Shown: positions 53,864-64,000 of the stretch, one piece after another
Layout: every line of letters begins with the position of its first letter
Position numbering within the stretch: position 1 is the stretch's first letter
Source: the human T2T-CHM13v2.0 reference genome, Homo sapiens
DNA length: 64,000 nt
Assembly (NCBI RefSeq): GCF_009914755.1
Contig: NC_060928.1
Strand: one strand, 5' to 3'
Notes under the pieces: generated by a model
Told to the model about the DNA's origin: nothing
The model's input: the letters and a program-made list of their open reading frames with translations, nothing else
The model's database searches: none
Translations under genes and position numbers: made by a program

Positions 53864-56800
53864 TCAGCTCCCACTTATAAGTGAGAACATGCAGTGTTTG
53901 GTTTTCTGTTCCTGTGTTAGTTTGCTGAGAATGATGGTTTCCAGCTTCATCCATGTGCCTGCAAAGGACATGAACTCATCCTTTTTTATGGCTGCATAGT
54001 GTTCCGTGGTGTATATGTGCCACATTTTCTTTATCCAGTCTATTATTGATGGGCATTTGGGTTGAATCCAAGTGTTTGCTATTGTGAATAGTGCTACGAA
54101 AAACATATGTGTGTATGTGTCTCTGTAGAATGATTTATAATCCTTTGGGTATATACCCAGTAATGGGATTGCTGGGTCAAATGGTATTTTTGGTTCTAGA
54201 TCCTTGAGGAATTGCCACACTATCTTCCACAACGGTGGAACTAATTTACACTCCCACCAACAGTGTAAAAGCATTCCTATTTCTCCACATCCTCTCCAGC
54301 ATCTGTTGTTTCCTGACTTTTTAATGATCGCCATTCTAACTGGTGTGAGATGGTATCTCATTGTGGTTTTGATTTGCATTTCTCTAATGACCAGTGATGA
54401 TGAGCTTTCTTTCATATGTTTATTGGCTGCATAAATGTCTTATTTTTGAGAAGTGTCTGTTCATATCCTTCACCCACTTGTTAATGGGGTTGTTTTTTTT
54501 CTTATAAATTTGTTTAAGTTCTTTGTAGATTCTGGATATTAGCCCTTTGTCAGATGGATAGATTGCAAAAATTTTCTCCCATTCTGCAGGTTGCTGATTC
54601 ACTCTGGTGATAGTTTCTTTTGCTGTGCAGAAGCTCTTTAGTTTAATTAGATCCCATTTGTCAATTTTGGATTTTGTTGCCATTGCTTTTGGTGTTTTAG
54701 TCATGAAGTCCTTGCCCATGCCTATGTTCTGAATGGTATTGCCTAGGTTGTCTTCTGGGGTTTTCATGGTTTTAGGTCTTCTGTTTAAGTCTTTAATACA
54801 TCTTCAGTTAATTTTTGTGTAAGGTGTAAGGAAGGGGCCCAGTTTCAGTTTTCTGCACAAGGCTAGCCAGTTTTTCCAGCACCATTTATTAAGTAGGGAA
54901 TCCTTTCCCCATTGCTTGTTTTTGTCAGGTTTATCAAAGATCAGATGGTTGTAGTTGTGTGGTGTTATTTCTGAGGCCTCTGTCCTGTTCCATTGGTCTA
55001 TATATCTGTTTTGGTACCAGTACCATGCTGTTTTGGTTACTGTAGCCTTCTAGTATAGTTTGAAGTCAGGTAGCATGATGCCTCCAGCTTTGTTCTTTTT
55101 GCTTAGTATTGTCTTGGCTATATGGGCTCTTTTTTGATTCCATATGAAATTTAAAGTAGTTTTTTTCTAATTCTGTGAAGAAAGTCAATGGTAGTTTATT
55201 GGGGATAGCATTGAATCTATAAATTACTTTGGGCAGTATAGCCAATTTCACAATATTGATTCTTCCTATACATGAGCATGGAATGTTTTCATGTTTGTGT
55301 CCTCTCTTATTTCCTTGAGCAGTGGTTTGTAGTTCTCCTTGAAGAGGTCCTTTGCATCCCTTGTAAGTTGGATTCCTAGGTATATTTTTCTCTTTGTAGC
55401 AATTGTGAATGGGAGTTCACTCATGATTTGGCTCTCTATTATTGGTGCATAAGAATGCTTGTGATTTTTGTACATTGATTTTGTATGCTAATACTTTGCT
55501 GAAGTTGCTTATCAGCTTAAGGAGATTTTGGGCTGAGATGATGGGGTTTTCTAAAAGTACAATCATGTCATCTGCAATTTGACTTCCTCTCTTCCTATTT
55601 GAATACCTTTTATTTCTTTCTCTTGCCTGATTGCCCTGGTCAGGACTTCCAATACTATGTTGAATAGGAGTGGTGAAAGGGGGCATCCTTGTCTAATGCC
55701 AATTTTCAAAGGGAATGCTTTCAGATTTGCCCATTCAGTATGATATTGACTGTGGTTTTGTCATAAATAGCTCTTATTATTTTGAGATATGTTCCATCAA
55801 TACCTAGTTTATTGAAAGTTTTTAGCATGAAGGAGTGTTGAATTTTATCGAAGGCCTTTTCTGCATCTATTGAGATAATCATGCGGCTTTCATCATCGCT
55901 TCTGTTTATGTGATGGATTATGTTTATTGATTTGCATATGTTGAACCATCCTTGCATCCCAGAGATGAAGCCAACTTGATTGTGGTAGATAAGCTTTTTG
56001 ATGTGCTGCTGGATTTGGTTTGCCAGTATTTTATTGAGGATTTTTGCATCGATGTTCATCAGAGATATTGGCCTGAAATTTGCTTTTTTTTGTGCGTCTC
56101 TGACAAGTTTTGGTATCAGGAAGATGCTGGCCTCATAAAATGAGTTAGGGAGGAGTCTTTCTTTTTTTATTGTTTGGAATAGTTTCAAAGCTCCTCTTTG
56201 TACCTCTGGTAGAATTTGGCTGTGAATCCATCTGGTCCTAGGCTTTTTGTTTTTGGTTGCTAGGCTATTAATTACTGCCTCAATTTCAGAACTTCTTAAT
56301 GGTCTATTCTGGGATCTGACTTCTTCATGGTTTAGTCTTGGGAAGGTGTATGTGTCCAAGAATTTAACCATTTCTTCTAGATTTTCTAGTATATTTGCAT
56401 AGAGTTGTTTATAGTATTCTCTGATGGTAGTTTGTATTTCTGTGGGATCAGTGGTGATATCCCCTTTATCCTTTTTTATTGTATCTATTTGATTCTTCTC
56501 TCTTTTCTTCTTTATTAATCTGGCTAGCGGTCTATCTATTTTGTTAATCTTTTCAAAAAAACAGTTCCTGGATTCATTGATTTTTTGAAGAGTTTTTCAT
56601 GTCTCTATCTCCTTCAGTTCTGCTGTGATCTTAGTTATTTCTTGTCTTCCACTCGCTTTTGAATTTGTTTGGTCTTGCTTCTCTAGCTCTTTTAATTGTG
56701 ATGATAGGGTATCAATTTCATATCTTTCCTGCTTTCTCTTGTGGGCATTATCTTTCCTGCTTTCTCTTGTGGGCATTTAGTGCTATAAATTTCCCTCTAA

Positions 56801-57830
56801 ACACTGCTTCAGCTGTGTGCCACAGATTCTTGTACATTGTGTCTTTGTTCTCATTGGTTTCAAAGAACATCTTTATTTTTGCCTTAATTTTGTTATTTAC
56901 CCAGTAGTCATTCAGGAGCTGGTTGTTCGGTTTCCATGTAATTGTGCAATTTTGAGTGGGTTTCTTAATCTTGAGTTCTAATTTGATTGCACTGTCATCT
57001 GAGACTGTTATGATTTCTGTTAATTTGCATTTGCTGAGGAGTGTTTTACTTCCAATTATGTGGTCAATTTTAGAATAAGTGTGAAGTGGTGCTGAGAAGA
57101 ATGTATATTCTTTTGATTTGGGGTGGAGAGTTCTGTAGATGTCTATTAGGTCCACTTGGTCCAGATCTGACTTCAAGTCCTAAATATTCTTGTTAAGTTT
57201 ATGTTTCATTGATCTGTCTAGTGTTGAGAGTGGGGTGCTAAAGTCTCCCACTATTATTGTGTGTGGGAGTCTAAGTCTCTTTGTAGGTCTCTAAGAACTT
57301 GCTTTATGAATCTGGGTGATCTTGTATTGGGTGCATATATATTTAGGAGAGTTAACTCTTCGTGTTGCATTGATCCCTTTACCATTACATAATGTCCTTC
57401 TTTGTCTTTTTTGATCTTTGTTGGTTTAAAGTCTATTTTATCAGAGACTAGGACTGGAATCCTTGCTGTTTTTTTGCTTCCCATTTGCTTGGTAAATACT
57501 CCTCCATCCCTTTATTTTGAGCCTATGTGTGTCTTTGCACATGTTATGGGTCTCCTGAATACAGCACGCCAATGGGTCTTGGCTCTTTATCCAATTTGCT
57601 AGTCTGTGTCTTTTAATTGGGGCATTTAGCTCATTTACATTTTTGGTTAATATTGTTATGGTTTTGGTTAATATTTGATCCTGTCATTATGAAGATAGCT
57701 GGCTATTTGGCCTGTTAGTTGATGCAGTTTCTTCATAGTGTTGATGGTCTTTACAATTTGGGATGTTTTTGCAGTGGCTGGTACCAGTTTTTCCTTTTCA
57801 TATTTAGTGCTTCCTTCAGGAGCTCTCTTG
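53864..57830 (-). pseudogene. Disrupted L1 ORF2 (endonuclease / reverse transcriptase)
   Basis: Track fragments [57 protein letters not shown] in different frames; start approximate. Confidence 0.93.
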
Positions 57831-57910
57831 TAAGGCAGGCCTAGTGGTCACAAAATCTCTCAGCATTTGCTTGTCTGTAAAGGATTTTATTTCTCTTTTG
57901 CTTATGAAGG

Positions 57911-58945
57911 TTAGTTTGGCTGGATATGAAATTCTAGGTTGAAAATTCTTTTCTTTAAGAATGTTGAATATTGGCCTCCACTCTCTTCTGCTTGTAAAGT
58001 TTCTGCAGAGAGATCTGTTGTTAGTCTGATGGGCTTCCTTTTGTGGTTAATCCGACCTTTCTCTCTGGCTGCCCTTAACATTTTTTTGTTCATTTCAACA
58101 TTGGTGAATCTGAGGATTCTGTTTCCTGGGGTTGCTCTTCTCGAGGAGTATCTTTGTGGCATTCTCTGTATTTCCTGAATTTGAATGTTGGCCTGCCTTG
58201 CTAGGTTGGGGAAGTTTTCCTGGATCATATACTGAAGAGTGTTTTCCAACTTGTTTCTATTCTCCCTGTCACTTTCAGGTACGCCAGTCAAATGTAGATT
58301 TGGTCTTTTCACATAGCCCCATATTTCTTGGAGGCTTTGTTCATTCCTTTTCATTCTTTTTTTCTCTAATCTTGTCTTCATGATTTATTTTATTAAGTTG
58401 GTTTTCAATCTCTGATATCCTTTATTTTGCTTGATCGATTCTGCTATTGATACTTGTGTATGCTTCATGAAGTTCTCATGCTGTGTTTTTCAGCTCCATC
58501 AGGTCATTTATGTTCTTCTCTAAACTGGTTATTATAGTTAGCAATTCCTTTTACCTTTTTTCAAGGTTCTTAGCTTCCTTGCATTGGGTTAGAACATGCT
58601 CCTTTAGCTCGGAGGAGTTTGTTATTACCCACCTTATGAAGCCTACTTCTGTAAATTTGTCAAATTCATTCTCTTCCAGTTTTGTTCCCTTGCTGTTGAG
58701 GAGTTATGGTCCTTTGGAGGAGAAGAAGCGTTCTGGTTTTTGGAATTTTCAGTCTTTCTGCACAGGTTTTTCCTCATTTTCATGGATTTATCTACCTTTG
58801 GTCTTTGATGTTGGTGATCTTCAGATGGGGTTTCTGTGTAGATGTCTGTTTTGTTGGTGTTGAGACTATTCTTTTCTGTTTGTTAGTTTTCCTTCTAACA
58901 GTCAGGCCCCTCTGCTGCAGGTCTGCTGGAGTTTGCTGGAGGTCC
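57911..58945 (-). pseudogene. Disrupted L1 ORF1 (RNA-binding protein)
   Basis: NEQSLQEIWGYVKRPNL...QENFPNLARQANIQIQEIQR; frameshifted; start approximate. Confidence 0.9.
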
Positions 58946-60809
58946 ACTCCAGATCCTGTTTGCCTGGGTATCACCAGCAGAGGCTGCAGAACGACCATGA
59001 TTGCTGCCTGTTCCTTCCTCTGGAAGATTTGTCCCAGTCGGGCACCTGCCAGATGAAAGCCAGAACTCTCCTGTATGAGGTGTCTGTCAACCCCTGCTGG
59101 GAGGTGTCTTCCAGTTGGGAGGCATAGGGGTCAGGGACCACCATGAGGGAGGAGGCAGTCTGTCCCTTAGCAGAGCTTGGGCACTGTGCCTGGAGATCCA
59201 CTGCTCTTTTCAGAGCCAGCAGGCAGGGACATTTAAGTCTGCAGACGCTGCACCCACAGCCGCCCCTTCCCCCAGGTGCTCTGTCCCAGGAAGATGGAGT
59301 TTTATCTATAAGCCCCTGACTGAGGCTGCTTCCTTTCTTTCAGAGATGCCCTGCCCAGGGAGGAAGAATCTAGAAAGGCAGTCTGGCTACAGCAGCTTTG
59401 CCAAGCTGCAGTGGGCTCTGCCCACTTCGAACATCCTGGCGGCTTTGTTTACACTGTGAGGGGAAAACCACCTACTCAGGCCTCAGTAATGGCAGACGTC
59501 CCTCCCCCAACCAAACTCCAGTATTCCAGGTCGACTTCAGACTCCTGTGCTGACAGCGACAATTTCAATGCAGTGGATCTTAGCTTGCTGGGATCTGTCG
59601 GCGTGGGATCCGCTGAGCTAGACCACTTTGGCTCCCTGGCTTCAGCACCCTTTCCAAAGGAATAAAGGGTTCTGTCTTGCTTCCAGGTGCCAGTGGGGTA
59701 TGAAAAAAACTCCTTCATCTAGCTCTGTGTCTGCCCAAACGGCCACCCAGTTTTGTGCTTGAAACCCAGGGCCCTGGTGGTGTAGGCACCGGAGGGAATC
59801 TCCTGGTCTGCGGGTTGCGAACACCATGAGAAAAGCCTAGTATCTGGGCCAGAATGCACCATTCCTCACGGCACAGTCTTCATGGCTTTCTCTGGCTAGG
59901 GGAGGGAATTCCCTGACCCCTTGCACTTCCCAGGTGAGGCAACACCCCACCCTGCTTTGACTCGTCCTCTGTTGGCTGCACCTACTGTCTAACCAGTCTC
60001 AGTGAGAAGAGCCAGGTACCACAGTTGGAAATGAAGAAATCATCTGCTTTCTGCATTGATCTCACTGGGAGCTGCAGACCAGAGCTGTTCCTATTCGGCC
60101 ATCTTGCCAACTATTCTAATAAACATTGTTTTTTTAAATGAAAGAATAGAAGATCTGACCTGCATTTTATTTAGCTGCTATTATGTGATCTCCTTTGTAA
60201 TAAACCATATAGGGATCCACTTAGAACTTTAATTGGAACTCCAAACTATATTAAATGAACTTGGTGAAGCGAAGTAATGTGAAAAAAAAAATGGAAAAAT
60301 AAAGAGTGTCTCTTACAAGTACCAGAGATTTATTTATTTATTTTTTAACACATTCTGCTAGGGTTCTTTTCTCTACCAAAAGCTACCATGGGTTGGCAAG
60401 AGAAGGTTTACTGTGTTAAAAACTGAAATACAAAGGGCTAAAGATAAAGCTTTTGGATAAGTATTTCCATTTTGTAGTTCTTCAAAGAAAAAGAAAAAAA
60501 AAACTGCTTTACTGATCTCAAAATAAGCTTAGTGGTTCCCAGTAAACTGGTATTCATATTATACCTCTTATTCAAAGAGTTAGAAAAAGTTATCATGCCT
60601 GCAAAATAATCTCTATCATGATAACATTTCTGTCTCGATGAAGCATAAAGAAGCTCCTCTAAGACTTATCTCCATGTTTCCCAAACTATTTTGATATTTT
60701 TCTGTTCTTTGAGATGTTATGTGTGTTTTCAAGGAGAGGCAGGAGGGGGTGGTTTCTGAAGGTCAAGTAATTTCAGAAAGACTAGATCAAACATATTCAA
60801 ATATATTGC

Positions 60810-60955
60810 TCTCTCTCTTTCTTTCTTTTATTCTTTCTGAGATGGAGGTCTTGCTGTGTTGCCCAGGCTACTCTTGAACCCCTGGTCTTAAGTGATGCTC
60901 CTGACTCAGCTTTCCAAATCATTGGAATTATGGGTGTGAGCCACTGTACCCACCT
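60810..60955 (-). mobile_element. Alu left-arm / FLAM-like monomer
   Basis: gagatggaggtcttgctgtgttgcccaggct...gtgagccactgtaccc. Confidence 0.85.
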
Positions 60956-61343
60956 TTAAACACATTTCTTAACAACAGGGTCAGCAAAAGCTTTAACATA
61001 CTAACCTTCACTCTGTGTTTCCTTAAAGAAAGCATAAACCAAATGTTTATTAGGAAGATAAATGATAGGATATAAAGGAAGGAAATCAAATTAGAAAAAA
61101 CTTTAGGGATCCATTACTAAGTCCACAGTCATTGATTTCTAGACCTAGTCCTCAATCAGCAGGCTTTCAATTATGCTCTCTTTTATAGTTAAAATGTTGG
61201 AAAGGAGTGACAGAGTAAACTCACTCTTTAGTGACTAAACAACTATGTGTTACACACCCAGCCATCATTCAGAGCTTCCCTTTTAAAAAGACAGGATCAA
61301 TATCAGCAGGGGTCAGCCAAGTAAACTATAAGTACTCTTATTA

Positions 61344-61389
61344 TTAGGTTGGTGCAAAAGCAACTGCAGTGTTTGCAATTGCTTTTAAT
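61344..61389. mobile_element. Half MADE1 (Hsmar1 mariner-derived MITE), single terminal inverted repeat
   Basis: ttaggttggtgcaaaag..a.tgc.gt.tttgc.att.cttttaat matches the MADE1 left half. Confidence 0.8.
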
Positions 61390-61399
61390 AAAACCCTTA

Positions 61400-62108
61400 C
61401 ATTATAAAGATGCAATTAGCCCAGCTAAAAGTCTATATGACTGATTCTTATAGTGAAAGGTGGCCAATGAGATGTAGGTAGACATTATTGATATTTTTTC
61501 CAGGGGGCTGCCTCAGCTAGCAGTGAGTCCTTTATCTTTCTTCTTCTTCCTTATTCTTGTTGGAATGTTGCTATGATAGTTAGAACTCTAGCAGCCGTCT
61601 TGGACCATTAGGAAACCTTGAAATAGAAAGCTATGGACTGCCGGGCACGGTGACTTTCACCTGTAATCCCAGCACTTTGAGAGGCTGAGGTGGGCAAATC
61701 CCTTGAGCTCAGGAATTTGAGACCAGCCTGGCCAACATAGTGAAATCCATCTTCACACACACACAAAAATAATACAAAATTTAGCCGGGCATGGTGGTGG
61801 GAGTCTGTAATCCCAGCTACTCAGGAGGCAGAGGCTGCAGTGAGCCAAGATCCTGCCGTCGCACTCTAGCCTGGGCAAAAAAAAAAAAAAAAAAAAAAGA
61901 AAAAGAAAAAAAGGCCATACACTAAAGATGGCAAAGGAAAAACAGTGAAGAAGCCGAAGTTCCTGCTGCTGACTGCAGCTTCCGTACGAATGTAAACTGT
62001 CCACTTTCAGGCCTCCTTAATCAGTGAGGAAATAAGTATGTCTTGTTTTAGTCATAGTTATGTAGACTTCCCTGTCATAGACAGTTAAACATAATTCCTA
62101 ACTGATAG
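61400..62108 (+). mobile_element. MLT1-type MaLR solo LTR interrupted by an Alu
   Basis: tggccaatgagatgta, gcagccgtcttggaccat, tcttgtttta, terminal cctaactgata. Confidence 0.6.
61640..61912 (+). mobile_element. Alu with internal right-arm deletion and long A tail
   Basis: gccgggcacggtg...gctactcaggaggcagaggctgcagtgagcc (segment between the two ggaggc repeats missing). Confidence 0.95.
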
Positions 62109-63339
62109 CGCATCCAGTGAAAATTAATATTTTGGGTTTTTTTTTTCTGGTAGAGGTGAGGGGAAGTAATAATCATGCCATTTCTTTAAACATAAGGAGA
62201 GGGTGACAGAGCTTTACGTTTCAACATTAAGCTGCAAGTTCACATCAAAGGCTCCTTTTAGACTCCCTAAAACAGGACAGTTCCATTTAATTCTAATCTC
62301 TTCATGGATTATATATTATTGTGGGGGAAATCTCAGCTGTCATTTAGCTACAGCACAGCATGCTTTCTCATTACCAGCCTGCAGTTATCAGAAGAGCTTC
62401 CTCTCGAGGTTGTAATCATTATGAAAATGGCAATGAGGTACTTAGTCAAAAGAGAGTAAAGTGTGCTTCAATTAAAACTTGATAGCAACGTACATCTTTC
62501 TTTTCTTTCTTGACTCATAAATAAAAGCTGTCTATACCAACACTTAACTACTCAATTAGGAACCAGCACTAAATAAGGTTTAGCAAGGGCTGTACTGGCA
62601 AACACAGCATGAAGTAGCCATTGGAGGAAAGCTCTACTGTCTTATTAGGGAGGAGATGGTCATATATGGGATATAACTTTTCTGTTCATGAGGACATGCC
62701 GTCTTACCGAAAGACTTCAGAAAGATGTAACTCTCTCTTTAGGCTACACACAAGACATGTGACTAGCATGATATAATTACTTATAGATTATAAGTGATTG
62801 GTTGGTAAAACCACTTGTTGGGAAAGTGAATTTCTGTTCATAGAAGCAACATCTTCTTGTTGTGTCCATATGCAGGTATTTCTGTTATCTAGAGTTACAA
62901 GGAACGAACACAAAGAGTAGATCTAAGTGTAGTGACAAGTGAAGAGATGAGTTTTAGCAGGTGGTTACACGAAAGAATAGTGAAGATTATTAGAGGTAAA
63001 CTCATGAGTATTTAAAAGTGACTCAAGGTTTGATTTCATTGGTTCTCACACAGATGAATGACCATTGGCAGCCAAGCTAATAGAAAGCCTTTTTTGGAAA
63101 TCATAACACTTTCAAATTAAATGAAGACAACTGTAGATGTCTTTTTATAAGGATCTTCCTATGAAAAATAATACAAACTTCTTATAAATCACAACAAAAC
63201 AACTATAAAGAAAAATCTCCAAAGCGAATATTCCAGAAACAAGAAAGATCTGATGCCCTTTCCCATCTCTCTCATTGTAAAATACTAAATCTTTACTACA
63301 AGATTCAGCGCCCAGCTTCCTCTCTGAATTCATCTCCTA

Positions 63340-63785
63340 TAACCGTTCCCCACATTCCTCTCAGCCACACTGATCTCCAAGCTGTTCTTCAAATTTAGAA
63401 GGCATAATCTTGCTACAGAATCATCTAATTGCTGTTCTCTCTGCTTTACAGCTTTTTGCCAAGAAAATCACTAAGCTTATTTCCCACATTTCCTTCAAGT
63501 CTTTACTTAAAAGTTGCCCTTTCAATGTGGCTTTCCCTAGCCATTCTATCTAAAAATTCATCAGTCTCCCTCTCCCACTCCTTTTCTGTTTGTCTCTTGA
63601 CATACTGTAATTCTTACGTATTTATCTGGTATATTATCCATCTCTCAAGATTATATTTCTGGGAGAACAGTGATTTATGTCCATGTTGTTAAGTAGCATA
63701 TTCCAATACCTACAACAGTACATGGCAATAGTATATGCTAAATTAATATATGTTAAATGAATGAGTGAATAAATGGATAAGTGAT
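63340..63785 (+). mobile_element. L2 LINE 3' end
   Basis: cagccacactg...tcaagtctttacttaaaagttgcc...gggagaacag...aaatgaatgagtgaataaatg. Confidence 0.7.
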
Positions 63786-64000
63786 AATGAAAACAAAATA
63801 AAACAAAAAAGCATGTTATAAAACTTGCCACTGATATCAATTTGGTACCTATTCTACCAAAACCATTCTAGGGACGTGCAATGTGTATGTGTGGTTTTGT
63901 GTGCATGCACACATATGTGTATATATATTTACAAGCATATATACACACATTTTATTTAATTATATATTTCTCACTGACCTAAATTTATATATAGTAGTCT

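Larger units (their letters stand above)
53645..60114 (-). mobile_element. Full-length (~6.5 kb) decayed LINE-1, L1PA7/8-like, with 13-bp target-site duplication tctaataaacatt (53632-53644 and 60115-60127)
   Basis: 5' end GGCAAGATGGCCGAATAG on minus strand, 5'UTR, ORF1 and ORF2 fragments, 3'UTR and short A-tail; subfamily judged from memory of UTR motifs. Confidence 0.97.

Noticed and set aside
53864-58945. Active retroelement or novel reverse-transcriptase system
   Set aside because: Ordinary L1 with many frameshifts and stops in ORF1 and ORF2
57939-59827. ORFs antisense to L1 ORF1 or within its 5'UTR (possible ORF0)
   Set aside because: No recognisable ORF0 peptide; expected in GC-richer L1 sequence
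61344-61389. Possible miR-548-type hairpin from MADE1
   Set aside because: Only one inverted repeat is present, so no hairpin can form

Overview
AT-rich primate (very probably human) genomic DNA, not prokaryotic: it carries Alu, L1PA, MIR, L2, MER5, MADE1 and MLT1 repeats and no operons or CRISPR. The + strand holds the 3' end of ADGRL3 (LPHN3, latrophilin-3, an adhesion GPCR). Two exons encode helix 8 and the proximal cytoplasmic tail (3039-3164, 9761-9857). Phase-1 cassette exons follow (42 nt at 12243, 129 nt at 28813, and an 18/52-nt dual-donor exon at 33474). The terminal coding exon (35417-36216) ends in the class I PDZ ligand HLVTSL and is followed by a 3'UTR with proximal (~37.7 kb) and probable distal (~43.6 kb) poly(A) signals. 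Downstream lies a full-length, decayed, minus-strand L1PA with target-site duplications. The most interesting structure is the combinatorial splicing region between 9.9 and 35.4 kb, which can switch the terminal exon into a second reading frame lacking the PDZ ligand; that general system is already known for latrophilin-3. I also flag several candidate exons I do not recognise (a 12-nt microexon, a 22-nt stop exon, a 112-nt exon, a possible intronic last exon) and a dense YCAY cluster. These are sequence-only predictions and pseudo-exons are common in long introns. Exon coordinates were counted by hand and frame-checked; repeat boundaries and subfamilies are approximate. Almost all other ORFs in the track are chance or repeat-derived.
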